A stretch of DNA of 49,648 nt, filler included, from Sphacelaria rigidula (GCA_964200075.2; 3 parts of 3 records of this genome joined end to end with filler, not necessarily neighbours in it), one strand, 5' to 3'. Positions 12,101 to 25,700 are shown, counted from the first letter of the whole stretch. Notes: generated by a model from the sequence alone, not told the origin. A program made the numbers and translations.

Positions 12101-12716
12101 TGGCGGTCACCCCCCGCCCGCAAGAAAGACCGGCGGGTTTGACCATCCAGGCGTTGGCTCGTCCCAGTAGAGCGTGTTGTGGATCAACGGAATCGACTTC
12201 ATGAAGCGTTTTCCTCGCTCGAGCTACGAGATGAGAGCGTAGACTGCCACCCGAAGCAACTACGGTATTGCGCGTTATCTCCGAGCATCTCGCCGTTCGG
12301 GAAGCACCAGTAGATGTATCTTGCCCTATCCCTGCATCCATGCTTCCTCTTGTCGCAGTGCAAGTATCGTCTTCCCCCTGTGCTTCTCGACTCTTCCCGT
12401 ATTGCTTTTGTGATTTCGCGACAGACTTCTCCCACATCTTCAGTGCAGCGGTCCATTCAGGGTTTCCTACAGTCACTGAGGCATCGGCGGCGTCTGAGCC
12501 ACAGCAGTCCGTACGCTGCTGACAGTGCGCTCTTTGGCGAGGGCTTCCGCCGTCTTCCTGCACGCAACGCGGCAACTCTTCACGGTCGGTCCGTTGGAGT
12601 GAAGTTACGTACCTAGAAGCGATGGAGATGGACATCGAAATTCGCTCTGATCGGTCTTCGCTAATATCATGTTCGTCTTCATTTGACTCTTGTTCTGCGC
12701 CATTGCTAATGAAATC
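7727..12716 (-). CDS. TTLL3: Tubulin-tyrosine-ligase-like protein, TTLL3/8 (glycylase)-like; spliced, 5' end not resolved
   Basis: Phase-consistent GT-AG exons 12716-12009, 11770-11657, 10193-9933, 9564-9374 (weak AAG acceptor), 8739-8358, 7909-7727 (stop). The spliced product has the TTL-domain motifs in order: WMVKPAGLSCGRG, VVQKYVERPFLVQ|GFKFDIRHWVLVT, GYVRFSSRPF, HLCNHSVQK, HMW, EWLGFDLML..LIEVNVSPDVSHS|TPITARLVP. Subfamily assigned from motif recall only; the last exon is less certain. Confidence 0.88.
11040..11260 (-). mobile_element. (TCAA)n-tailed retroposon 3' end
   Basis: gattgattgattgattgtc...ggccgtggtcgcatgatagaggtaccc followed by an A-rich body; reverse of the 1322-1778 family. 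Confidence 0.62.
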
Positions 12717-12865
12717 CTGGAGAAAAGGGAGTGGAAGGACCACCTTTAAAGTCAGGGATGATCATTGTTGTGTGTGCCATACAAATGTGATCTGAGCTAG
12801 AGCCTAACAATTATTGAGACAATTCAATCTTATTTAGATGTGATAAATTCCGGGCATGTCTAACA

Positions 12866-12936
12866 ACACGTGTGGTGTAATGGTAACATATGACCCTTCC
12901 AAGGTTATGCCCGGGGTTCGATTCCCCGTACGTGTA
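12866..12936 (+). tRNA. tRNA-Gly (anticodon TCC)
   Basis: Full cloverleaf, 71 nt: acceptor ACACGTG/TACGTGT, D-stem GTGT/ACAT, anticodon stem TGACC/GGTTA with loop CTTCCAA, T-stem CGGGG/CCCCG with loop TTCGATT, discriminator A. Followed by TTCTTTTT (Pol III terminator-like). Confidence 0.9.
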
Positions 12937-13689
12937 TTCTTTTTATCTCAGCCGCCACACCCCTTTGGCCCATCCATTTCACCAGTCTCCAGGTATACGT
13001 ATCCGATCTCGACATATAAGGTCTGTTGGAACGCAATTCGTTCTCATTTCCGTCACTGAAACGATAAGGATGGCCGTGAGTAGCGAAGAAACAATATTTC
13101 ACGAGAGTCAGCGCGGTGCGGAAGTGATGATCGAATCCTCGATATATTGAAGACAAATGTCAGGTGAGTACCAGGGGAGAGATGAGTTGATCGCTGAGAC
13201 TGCGAAGTCCTCCCGAGGAAGGGGAGATTGAAAGTGCAACACAACGGAAAAAATGTGATTTCAGTCGTGTCGGCTTCCTTTCAGAACAGTATCAACCGCC
13301 GACCTTCAATCCGGGTAACCTCCATGACGCTAAAGCTGGGCCGCTCCTCTTTGCGTGCCACCACTCATCCCAAGGGCATCATAAATACCGTGTATTCGAT
13401 GGTATACAACCCCTAACTTCATATAATATGCAAACATTATAATCACTCAACTGTACAATCATGAAAGGAAGTATGAATTCAACATGGGTTATGAGACCGA
13501 TTATTAATAGTGAGCGTTTCAAAATGGGCAATATTACGAACCGGTACAGACTTTTGATACAACATATTCTCATCCGCTAGACTTCACGCCGTTTTTTTTA
13601 GTTACACCTGAAATTTTGAACACATTTACCGTGGGTCATTACAAAACTTTTGACCATCGATGTTTCCTTCACCGGTTTCCTGGGGTAAC

Positions 13690-15150
13690 AGGGTCCTGCG
13701 TGGGTCCTGTGCCCTCTTCGGACCCCCGAAAAACGGTGGAAAAATGAAAATTGAACCTCGTCCATCGAAAACGTTGTACTGACCCATCGTACGTGTGTAT
13801 ACATTTGAGTAGTCTAACTCCAAAAAACGGTGTGAAAGTTGCTGCATTTTTGTACGATGAAGTTTTCCGGACCCGATACACCGCCGACTAACTCTTAATA
13901 ACTCGGGTATGTTAGGCCGCTTCTTGCAGACTGAAAAAAGTAGTTGAGAAAAGTCGCTTTGGTCAGTTTCCAGATATTTTTGTCAGAACGCGACCTTAAT
14001 GGCCATTTTTCACTAAAACAATTTCTGGAAACTGACCAAAATTTCCACACAGCGGGATTTTGACAAATCTCTCTACGAAAAGTCATCGATTCTCAGAGAC
14101 TTTTCTCTGTCTGGGAATTGTCGTTCCATCACACATTCCTCGCGCACCGCACCCGCAATGGTACAATCAGTGCTCCATCACACACTCCTCGCATACAAGC
14201 GTAGTACAGTCAGTGCAAAAGTAGCTATCCATGTTGTATGTACAGTACCGTACCAACAGCATAGCTGCTGCAGCACTCCGTGCATTCTATTCATGACCGT
14301 AGGACCAAGGACAGACAGTACAGACAGTACAGTAGTGCTTTTTTGCCGGCAGCATCACTACCGTAAAATAGCACGATGTCGCCCCTGCTGGCTGCGTTGA
14401 CTGCTCGTATCGTTTCATGCTCGTCGTGCCCGTCACCGATTGCGGACTCTGTAGTATTCTGTATACTGAGACGGTTGCTATCGCACTACTAACTGCCACG
14501 TGGATTTTTTTTGTGCGGTATGGCACAAACCGTCTGCTGCACACATTGCACCGCTCACGACGCGACTACTGTACCAAGCGGCGATCGGCTGAAGTAAGGG
14601 TTGATACGCCTATCATTTCGATCCCTATTATACCAGAAGCTACTGTGCGTGTGCGTATGCGTGTGTGTGCGTGTGCGTATGCGTGTGTGTGTGTGTGTAT
14701 GTGTTGCCATCCCATCTATCCCGTACCTCGACGGGATTATTTACATGTTGGTTTACCGCAGGTGGCACAAGCACAAAATGCAAATGATGACCACTACCAC
14801 CGTCTGCACCCAGGCTAGATGATGGCCTCGGGTGTACAAACCCCCAGGATTTTTTCATAGACTATAGGGTTGGGTTTTGAAAACTGATTTCTCTGGATAA
14901 AGTCTCCGAGAAAAGTCGTCCAAAATGACTTTTCTCACAGACTTTTTTCAGTCTATTAAGAAGCGGCCTTGGATGTTAAGACGAGAAAAAAATCATCAGG
15001 TTTTCGAGTTACGCGATGAAATTTTTCATTAACGTTCCTCGGACTACCCCGAGAAGCACAATTCCTTGTTCTCATTTGAGTCATCATGTACCGGTTTTCG
15101 GGGGTCCCGGCCTGAAGACCCCCAGGGGCCGGTAAAGGGCGGAGAAACTT
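13690..15150. mobile_element. Long diverged inverted-repeat (foldback/MITE-like) element
   Basis: Nested inverted matches 13720-13736/15091-15107, 13914-13955/14927-14969 and ~14090-14103/~14898-14912 around a ~750-bp spacer. Outer limits approximate. Confidence 0.6.
14645..14703. repeat. (GT/GC)n microsatellite
   Basis: gtgcgtgtgcgtatgcgtgtgtgtgcgtg...gtgtgtgtgtgt. Confidence 0.85.
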
Positions 15151-15544
15151 CGACATGATTTCCAGCAACAGATTTTCTCCATTTGGAGCACCAATACCTA
15201 CCGAACGCCCAAGTTAAAGGGCGGTCTGAGCTTTTTTACGACAGGTACAAGGAAAAGTATCACGGGAATACCATGGTTCGGGGTATGCTTCGATCCCATA
15301 GTAACCATTCTCAGATATGCTTTTGCGTGAGACTTCCGGGCTGATAGCGGTTGGTTTGAAGCATGTCGAGATTGTGTAGATTTTTTTCTGGGAACTCGTA
15401 TTCGTAACTTCAGAAATTTGAAGGGCGCCGATTGATGTAGGTATCTTTTTCGCCTACAGCAGGACCACCCCTAAGTCCTTCAACAAAAATTAGGCTATGC
15501 CATTCTCTTCAGTTGTCGATGGCGGTCAGCATGATACCATGTAT

Positions 15545-15889
15545 GCGAATAATGGGTGTGTTGTGTTGTCGTCCCGTCTATTCTGGACGCTGGACTACAC
15601 CTTTCGGTACATGTGGGCGCACCAGCCGGGGTCACACAGGAGGAAGGTCAACACTGGAGCTTTTTTTTCTTTATATGTTTTTAGTACCCNNNNNNNNNNA
15701 TCGCGAGAGGGGTTCAGCATTCCCTTTCCCTGGTCGAACGTTAAGTCGAATTTTGTGTACCCACGACATAGTCGCTCTCCACTGTTGGGCATGGTGTGAG
15801 AAAAACACCTCAGATCGCTCCGAGATTAAACCCACGACCCAACCCTCAAAAGGTTTAGAGGTTACCAACTGAGCCACCGGGGCGACCGG
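15545..15889 (-). mobile_element. tRNA-derived SINE, copy 2 (contains a 10-N gap)
   Basis: Reverse complement of the 307-720 element (ggttaccaactgagccaccggggcgacc; gtcgaattttgtgtacccacgacatagtcgctctccactg). Confidence 0.75.
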
Positions 15890-16404
15890 TCAGGTGTTGC
15901 AAAAGGAATTCGTTGATGACACAATTTGAGGTGATGACGATGAACCAGTTCGTACAGAGCTCTCAGCTGCAATAGGGAAATTTTGTCAGTTTTTCGTAGT
16001 CGGCGATTTTCAGTAGTTTTTTCATGTGCTACAGCTCACCTCAGTGAACGCTTCATCCCGAAGTTTGGAGATCGAGAGATACTAGGCGTCCGCTCCACAT
16101 TCCGAAACAAAAATCATGTCTGCACTCAACATTGAACGATTCACTGGCTGAACTGACAGGGGATGTTATTGACCCTTTTTGTCCCCCCCGAAAATATTTT
16201 CGGCTCTGGCACAATAAATAGGTGAAAATAAAAAATAAGGGTCTGTAACAATTTTCACGAAAGCGATCAGGATTGTTTCACTCCCCCTGTGCAATTGATC
16301 GATTGCAATCCTGGTCCGGCGACAACCCGGCGTGCTCCGTCCCGGCTTTATAGGGATGCGAGGTCAATGGTCAGATGACTGTGGCAGGCAAGATCATGGG
16401 TACG

Positions 16405-16439
<35 letters not shown>

Positions 16440-16486
16440 ACCCCCGCCCCGAGCGACCCTACGCGTGTGTTCTTCTATTTGGCAAT

Positions 16487-16586
16487 NNNNNNNNNNNNNN
16501 NNNNNNNNNNNNNNNNNNNNNNNNNNNNNNTTAATTAATTAANNNNNNNNNNNNNNNNNNNNNNNNNNNNNNNNNNNNNNNNNNNN
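16487..16586. other. Artificial scaffold linker (N44-TTAATTAATTAA-N44)
   Basis: Exactly 100 bp; TTAATTAATTAA gives stop codons in all six frames. Confidence 0.97.
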
Positions 16587-16754
16587 TCTGTAAAAGGAAC
16601 CATCGCTGATTTCCGGGCAGAAACAAACCTTAACTTGTGAAAAAAAAAAAACGGCAATAAATACAGTAGCATAGAAAACGACGGCAACGGGATGTGGCAA
16701 AACACATTGTGGAATGTTGACGCATACTACATAACCCCAGTCTCAGCACAGTAC

Positions 16755-19700
16755 CTGAGTCGATAATGCGACGTGTTGACCATCCACACAGGGCAGTACA
16801 CAGTCACGTGTCGCTGTCCTCCTTCTCCCAAGCGGTTTTCCAGCAGAACCTCCAATTTTTGTCCGATGCTATCGGTGAGCGTGACGCTGGATCCGAGTTC
16901 AGATTCAGTCCATCCATACCCCATTCCACCGCGCATTGAGCCACCGCGTCGATCATCCCTCCTGTGCGCCCAACATCAACATTGTCCGAAAATACAGAGA
17001 TCAGCCGAGCCGATTGAAGCAACGGGAGACTCCGACGACATTTGAACATGATCCCTCGAGATTCGTTTCATGTAATCATGTCACACACGGGAACACACTG
17101 TATTGGACATTAATTCAAAATCTCATCATGCGATTTTCCCAGCGTTATTTCTCCTGCCCTCCAATCGCTCACGTCGGCTCAGCTGCTGAACTGGATTCAA
17201 CCCTTTGAACTCCAGACCGCAAAACTCACCTGGAGCATTTTGTTCCTTATCTCGTTAATCCTCGTGCCTACGGTGAAACGGTAGAGGGACCTCGATATAT
17301 GAATGGCTATAGCTCAGATCCCTCGACTACGAAGTAATCAAAAAGCTTATTCATATGCAGTCGAATTTTGGCCACCGATACGAAACGCTGTGACTTGGTT
17401 TTCTCAGTGTTTCGAAGAACGTATGTATCTTGGAAACCGTAAACGTTTCCACCCCCAAGCCATGTGCTTGTCAGGCATCAGCTCGATACAGCTCGTCGCT
17501 GTCATTCCTATTGTATGCATATTGAGTGCCTACAATGGTGGGGATATTTGCGTCAGCGTTACTCTTCTTGCGCTGCAACACTACAACATGAGCTACTATA
17601 CTGCCGTGACGATCGCAGCAGCGGTGAAAAAAGTACGGATCAGGGCAACCATACAGCACAGTTCCCCGCCAGATTCGCAGCAAAAGGATCAAGCGTACTT
17701 GTCTCCGTAGGTTCAAGTCGGAGAGCGAAAGTGGACAGTATTACGGGGGGAAATTGTGAGTAGGCGTGGATACATGAACGAACGTACCTCGAGCGTTCAT
17801 GAGTCGATTTCAACAAACGAAAGCTCGGATGAACCGCAAGGTCCACGCGGTCAGCGGCCAGCGACAGGAAACGAAAAAGAAGATGCACACAAGGAATTAA
17901 GGCCAACCTTGTGAATTTTTCCTGTTGGCGTCTCTCCAATCCTGTACATTAATTTTGTATCACTCCTACTATTAATAACAATGTTCCTCAGTGAAAGTAC
18001 CTTGTCCTAGCTCCAGTTGTAGTCACGTGTTGACAGAGATAAAAGCACCAAAAGGACGCTTCTACTTCGCAGGGCCCTGGAAAGCGGAAACCGCATTCTG
18101 CGCAGCACTCACCCGGGTGAAGAGGGCCCTTCCTTTCCGCCATCGGCGCCTCCTTTCCCGCCGCCACCACTGCCCCCTCTTTTGGCCATGCCCTGACCAC
18201 TGACGGGCATGTTGATTGTGTCGTCTCCGGCAAGGCTGGTCCTTCCGAGGTTGCCCCGTCCCCGCCGACGCCCATCGTGGATCACGACTCCCCTATGGCT
18301 CCTGTACAGGGATATGCATCCAGGTAATATCGCCGACTGATGGATCAATGTGACGGAGTACTAACTGCCACATCAGATTAACTTCTCAATTTCCAAGTTT
18401 GTGGCGCAGATTTTAATTGATGATATCGATATATCAATACAAGAGAAAAAAAACAGCGCCAATTCTCTTCATTGATACCCACCCCTACTGCTCTACGGAC
18501 GAGACATGTAAGCTTTATATCACGATATGATTCAACAGATCGTTTCGGGTTGCATCGGAAATCTCATAAAAAACATGAATTTTTGAGTACCAGCAAATCT
18601 CACCCTCGTAGTTGGAACACTTAGCATAGCGCCACCAATGCTCCATGGCAACTTCAACATGAAACGAAAACAGCGTAACACTTGGTCATTGACAACTTGT
18701 TCGGTCAGGGGCATTCCGACCAGCCTCCATACGGCTAGGATAGCAGGAGGGAGGTCGCTGCGTCTCCCTAGCAGTGCGCGTTAACATTGAAAAAACAAAT
18801 ACCGCAAGGATGGATACCGTTACACTGCCAAAAAGGGATCCCACCGCTTTGAAATCTCTCAGAAGTGCAGTGCCCCAACCATGTGTGTGCGGCCGAAAAT
18901 CGCTCGTCTCGAATTATATTTGGCGTAACATTGTTTCAAATAGACAAGAGTCTAGCGCAGGTTACGACACAGTACACCTCCTGCCAGGCTAGTAGCTCAA
19001 CAAAGTACGGTGGGACCTCAACTGGAGAGGTTGTGAACACGGGAAACCCACTCAAACCACAGAATCCTCTTGACCGTTGAGGTTCTCGTTCCAGGCACGT
19101 CGATGTCCGTGGCACGATCCACACCCTTTAGAAAATAACTCTTGCACGGAGGGCAAACCTTTCGAAAGAGGACGTCCGATGTGTGCAATGAGCTTTTACA
19201 GTGGAAGAGCATAACCACTTGGAGAGTGTTTCGGCCCATGAGGACAGGAAACTTGAATTTTCGCGTGTGCGCCAGGTGAACTCTCCAGTGGAAAAACGAC
19301 TCCGAAAAATAAAAAGACAGGACGGCAATTACTAAGCGCAAAATACAACAAAAAACCACCAGCCTCCCACCCCCCCACCTGCAGAAATCCAGGTTGATGA
19401 CCAGCCTCAGAGGAGTATCGAGCCCCACGGTGTACACACCGACGCTGGCCCCCGCTTCCAAATGCGCCCTCCACAGTAGCCCTCGGCTCTATACTCACCA
19501 AGATGACGACACAGACGTCGAATTGTTACGGTGGCAGCGGAAAGGGACGGCGCGGAAAATTAGCGACGATGCCCATTTTTTGGTCGTTGAATTTTCATGA
19601 CATTGCCAGAACCAGCAGCCCTCGACTAAATTGATTGATCCCTTTCTACACTTGTCGCTCCATCGAGAGACTGTTCGGTCGGAGGTCGAAACCGAACCCC

Positions 19701-22700
19701 TACGCGAATATTCATGTGAGGGCTACATGACGTGCGACTGAAACAGCAGGTTCGTCGGAGCACTGCGGTCAGAATATCGCGTACGCACGCAGGTGTCCGC
19801 ATCCTTCGCCTTCGATGGGACACCGCAACAAACATGTAGTCTCTGAGAATCGCAGATACAGTTCCACTTGGACTTTTTTTTTCTCCCAGATATCGCAATA
19901 CACTGCAATGCACCCCGAAATGAGGTATACAGGAGCACGCACACAACCTTGGGCGCCGCTTTGAGTTTTCTTTCACCTGATCGACGAGCTCGAAGTCCCC
20001 AGCGTGTGGCAGCAAGTTCTCCACCACAAGCGGCGCGTGCAATCGCATCGTATACTCCACCGGAGGCGCCGGGGTCGCTACAGCGTCGGCGGCTGCTCCG
20101 CCCCCACCCCCTGCAGCGCTCTTGAAGAAGCCACCTGCTCTTTTTCCACCACCTTCGCGGGCTGGCTGCTGACCAGACGCAGTATTCACCGCGGCAAAGT
20201 TGGTTGAATTGATTCCGCCACGCGCCAGGTGGGGTAGGCTCCTGCAGAAGAGCGTAAAAACGGCTGTAGTATTTACACGGGTATTTCCTAGATATGTTGG
20301 ATGCTCGGACGACGGCTTCAAGTAAAGGCTAAATGCAACGCTCTCGAGGTAAATCACGAATTTTGCGCGAGCCCAACGGCTTGAATCGTATCGCTTCATC
20401 GTGCACTTTCACTCGATTCGCTACCGTGTATACGGGAGATGATTTCAGGCGGCAGCATGAAATCGAACGCAAGTGCGACAGGCCTACTTCCATCCGCGCC
20501 TTCGATTCTTGCGGGACGTTCCTGCAGTTAACGTTCGGATACTGGATAAGCTCAATCTGGATGATATTGAAGACGATTTGGTGGGCGCGCCGATAGAGAA
20601 AGCAGGCCGCTCATAGGGCACGTTCTCTGATTTTGTGCTGTCGAGGCGAGAAGTGGTGACCCTCGTTGTTCGGGTGTGTGGGGATGCCATAGAACGTATT
20701 CGGTCCGAAAACAACTTTTTTCCGGCTGTACCACGATGAATAGCTAGATGTTCCAAAAACTAACCCCGAGAAAAAAAGCTATTGATCACAACGCGACAGC
20801 CTGGGGCTGTGCACTCGTATGACCCCAAAGACCGGTTATTCAACATTGATGGAAGAAGCGATTGTATTTCTGGGATTTGTGTTGGGTGCAAAAGTTTCTC
20901 CACCCCAAAATATTAATTAATACTCCTCGATCCCTGATCAAACGTCATCCGTGATGGATCTTGGTAGGTGGGTAAAAAATGATAAAATGACTTCCATCGA
21001 AAACATAGTCGGATGTTGACTACTGTAGCAGAAAAACGATATTTTGCTCTTGTAGGGCTGGACGTCGATCCAGCAAGTGCTCCGATATAAATTTGAATTC
21101 TTCAATCGCATATTGTGCTTGTTATGCGCGAGTGATTGACCACTACTGCGATGTGAAGGCTTCTGTTCTTCAGCCTTGAAATACACGAAAACAAACGAGT
21201 ATTTTGGAAACAAATCAACAAGGCTAACTAGTAGGTGAGCCATGTGCTCCGCACGACCAGCGATACTCGCAGCTTGATTGGCACATAATCTTGGTTTCAA
21301 GCATTAAACCTCATGATTGCCACTTGAAGTTACAAACTCCCCGTGTCCAATTTTCAGTATGGTTGTCGTGGAGCACGTCCCAGCGTGTTGCCCAAGAGAT
21401 CCAAACACTGCTGATGGACGCTTAGTACGGCCGAGGCTCGAACTCAGAATTTTGAAAAACGAACTATGCTATACTTGAATTTGTGCACAATCTCTCGAAA
21501 TATATTCACCACACTCCAAAACCCTCCCCACCTGCACATGTAGTCTCAAGGGGAGCAATGCTACGTACGGTAGGGGTGCACTTTTTGCGCAAAATCCTGT
21601 CTGATCCAGGGGCTCCTAACGATCCTAGATGCACACGAAAATGGGTGAGGGCATCCCCGTTTGCAACTTTATTCGGGATAATCCTAGCACACTGGAATAC
21701 AAATCTTGGTGTACTCTCACATATTTCACAAGTCGTGTTTTGGATGACATAAAGAACTCCTACCAATTCTACCCTCAGAAATTATTTGTGTCCCCTTACC
21801 GTAGCATCACACAGGGATCAACTAATCCCCCCCCCGGTACTTGCCAGATATGGTTCCGATTATCGATGATGGGATCAACACTCACTCACCCCTTCAACGC
21901 TCGCCGAATTTTCTTTCGCTGCTCGCTGTCTCACACATTTCACGGCGGAAAATAGGTTATGTTCTCAAAATAAGTACCGTATCGGTGTAGATTCGAAACC
22001 TCAACCCTTCACCCTCACCGGCCGACGGGGTACCAGTACCCGCAGTCAAGATCGGAATACAGCACTTTCAATTGAAAGCGATTCTTCCAGGTTTTCCGGT
22101 TACCAACGCTCATTACGGTCGACGTTTGATGGCAAAAAAAAACGGGATCGAGAAGCAGTTGTGCCCGACACAAACTACGAAAAATATATATGTTCACGAT
22201 CAATTCTGAATGACTCGCGGGCTAAACGGTTATCGGGGGCCCTCCGATAATATGGCCCCGGGTTCTGGGTATTATATATCTCCCCACTCAATCGAACCAA
22301 TTCCGATCGCTGTGGCGCGGCACATTTACGGTTCAGTTCACTCACTTTTTAGCTCTTCACTGCACTGCAGCAGAAGATAAGTGTTCTCCTTTCTCCAAAT
22401 ACAGTCAGTAACCCTGCCCAACTCCGAGGAAAAAAAAAAAAAATCACTTCGTACCACGTCGTCAACACAAACTATATTTTGTGGACTGTCTGCCCCTTTC
22501 ACCCATGCCTACCAACTCTCGAACTGTTGAGGGAAGACGGGTCATTTGCGGAAGGATCTCGATTAGGCGAATCAAGTCTTCCAAAACTTTGCTACCGTAG
22601 GCCATATGCACGCGGCGTCTCGTGTGTGAAACTCGTCTTCCCTTCCTTTCAGCCAGAGATTCCCTCTATGTAGCACTCACCGGGATGCCCCTAGCCCAAT

Positions 22701-25700
22701 GCTGCTCGTCGGGCTGTAAGACGCTTCCCTTCGCATGGACTCCACGCCGAACGCCGCCACGGCCGCATCCACTGCTGTATCATCTATGACGGCGGTTCCC
22801 GCAGCAGCAGTGTCTTCCTCCAAAACTTTGCGTCGAATCTATTCAGCGAAGTGGTGACGGTATAAAATTGGGTCTCGATACTGATGAAATATAAATTGCG
22901 GATCGCCGTTTTTCCTGAAGCGGTGCGCAAGTTCCTGCCACGTGCAGTTAGTTCCTCACCAAAATCTACCGCATCCGACGATGAGGAACGTCAACGTTTC
23001 GTAGAGGGCAACACTCGCTACAACACAGAAACAGCTGAAACAGTAGCGACCACGTCGATTGAACTCTAGCATACCCGAGCAGGGCGCTGTGGAGGGTGAT
23101 CTGATTCAGCACCATGAAATAATCATGCCTTTGCAAGAACGCGTGGAATCTAAACAAGCAGAGTGTCTTTCATCGGTTTCCATAGAGCCACGCCCGCCGG
23201 TGGCTTAGCTGGTGACCCCGAAACCTCCGGACGGTTGGGACGTGGGTCCAAATTCAGGTGAAATCGTACAATCTGGGTTTTCTCTCCACACTATGACCAA
23301 CAGTGGAGCGCAACTGTGCAGTGGGCACACAAAATTCTACTTGACGACAAGGGATAGGGAGTGCTGAACCCTTTTCGCGAAAAAAATAAAGGCAGAAACC
23401 CCAGGAAGACGGCGGAACTCCAACAGCAAAAAAAGGAATTCTTCGTTGACTATCCTCCTGTGTGACCCCGGCTGATGCACCTAAATAGAACGAAAGTTGT
23501 AGACTGGTGTCCACGAGAGATGGGATGATAACACACCCACACAGACACATAGTTTGCTGCCGTAAATTTCACGAATATCGCACACACGAAGACGGAGTGT
23601 ATCCAAGACACCTATTCGTGTCTCACCTCTACACAGTAGGCGAAAGGAGCGAGGAGCTGGCCGTCCTTTACTGGAGTGGCGACAGGGCACATGACCTGCT
23701 CCCGGCCGGTGGACATGTTTGTGCAGGTGAAGGAAAACAAAACAAAACGATACTAGATGTGTGGGCGTATTTTCGGGGGGATGCTTGTCAGTTGCACGTG
23801 TCCATGTAGCACTCTGTGGAACACTCTATTTTCTACCGGACATTCGTTCGCCGTATACAAACAGGTATCGCATGCGTGTTGCAGCCCCTTAAACAGCACG
23901 GCGCATGCAGCAAAGTAAACGGGAGTGACTGAACACTCGAATTGATTCACATGTCCAAGCATGACAGTCGACACGAGTAGGCCTGCTAGTGGCGACCGAA
24001 AACAAGCGCCACAGGAAGCTGAAGCTATCGAGGGTTGGGAGCGGGCACGCCACCGCCACTATAACAAGGCCACTGCGGAAAGCCGAAGTTTGAAGTGACC
24101 CACCGGTGGAAGCCAGGGAAGAGAATAGTTTATCCGTCACTTGCCGTGACACAGTGCGGAGTACGACCACAAGGCACGCATGTACTTTTTGCTGCCATCA
24201 CCTGCATACCCGTAGCGTCGCTCGACGTGTCGGACGTGGCACCGCCGCCCCAGTTCACCAGCCGATGCAGGTTTATCGGGGAGGACGAGAAGAGCACCTC
24301 CTCGGTGGCTGCTGCGACAGATGTGAATTTCAACGTGAGAGCACGGAGTGGCAACAATAGCCGATAAGCAAGGAGAAGAACCAATTGTTTCTGGGTGCTT
24401 GAACACGACGAGCTGAATACAACCGGACGTCACTGGATCTTTCCATCAAAACTCAAAAATCATTAACTTTCTTTTGCATCGGCTTCTCTTGAACCAGAAC
24501 CAGAATACGGTACCTGTGCAGAAAATCTAGCCTCAGAACACGTAAATACCCTTAGCACCGACGTGTTCGGAAATCCACAATATACCTGCTTCGAGGTGAG
24601 GAAGAGACATGAAAGGCACTGATGTCGCTGGACGTAGCCATACAAACCCGAGAGCTCCGTTCTCGAGTTCCAGAGCTTCCTGTAGCAGCAGAAGAGGCAG
24701 ATGGAACACCTGCAAACATATTCATCGTTTGGGATCGGACAGCGGTAAGCAGCGACAGGAGTGTTGGCTTATGGGCCCGCAGAAAAACAATCCGGTCTGG
24801 TGTACGAGCTGTCGATGATGTTTCGTTCACCCACCCTCTCAGACAGACTTCACGTCTCCTATTGTTGGCAGGGCTTCGCCTCCTGAACACGGCGGTTCAG
24901 CTGGGCAAGTTTGTTCAAAAAAACGATGAGCGGAAAATCGCACCTCTCAATCAAAAAGGCCGACCATCAAATAGGGACTAGCCACGAATGGATACTTCGA
25001 GGCGCGTTAGGAAATATATATATATCTATATATAACTACAATTTGATCAAACATTGTGGTCAATCGCCTTGAGTCCGGTTCACCCAGTTCAAAACACTTC
25101 ACCTGTCCGGGATCCACTAGCGTAATGCTCCCGTCTTCTGCGCTATGCCCGCCAGCATCATAAATGCCATAACCACCCCCACCACTAGAGTCACCGGCCA
25201 CGTGCCCCCCTCCGTGATAGTGGGGCGCACCTATTCCCGCCGCCGCCCCGCCTACGCCGGGTAAAAAAGCATTACCGCCGACATGAAAATATCCTTGTCC
25301 CGAGACGCCACCACCACTCCCCAACCCACCCGTGCCACCGGCACCAAGGCCGCTACCGGAGGCGCTGGCGGTACGCGAGGCATCTCGGCTATCGGATCGT
25401 CCGGGACGAGGACGAGGCGGCTTGTGTTTCCGGTCGGGATGCGAGAACAGCATTACCGTATGGTCCGTGCAGTTCTGGAAGCGGTCACAGGGGCAGTGGT
25501 CAAAGGATTGCGGATAACGCGCTCAACGGGCGGCGACGGCGGGAAATGTCGATGAGGGTCAGGCAGGACAGCAAACACGAACGGCATGCTCTCGTGAAAC
25601 TTCAATGAAAACTGTTCACGACAACAATTTTGAACGCTCTTGCGTGTCTGCCACCCGACATGCAATACGTTACGTGGAGCCCATCCGCAAAGACAGCTCG

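Noticed and set aside
12716..16961. VPS13-TTLL fusion or read-through (same strand, no VPS13 stop seen)
   Set aside because: They are separated by the artificial linker at 16487-16586 and lie on different scaffolds.
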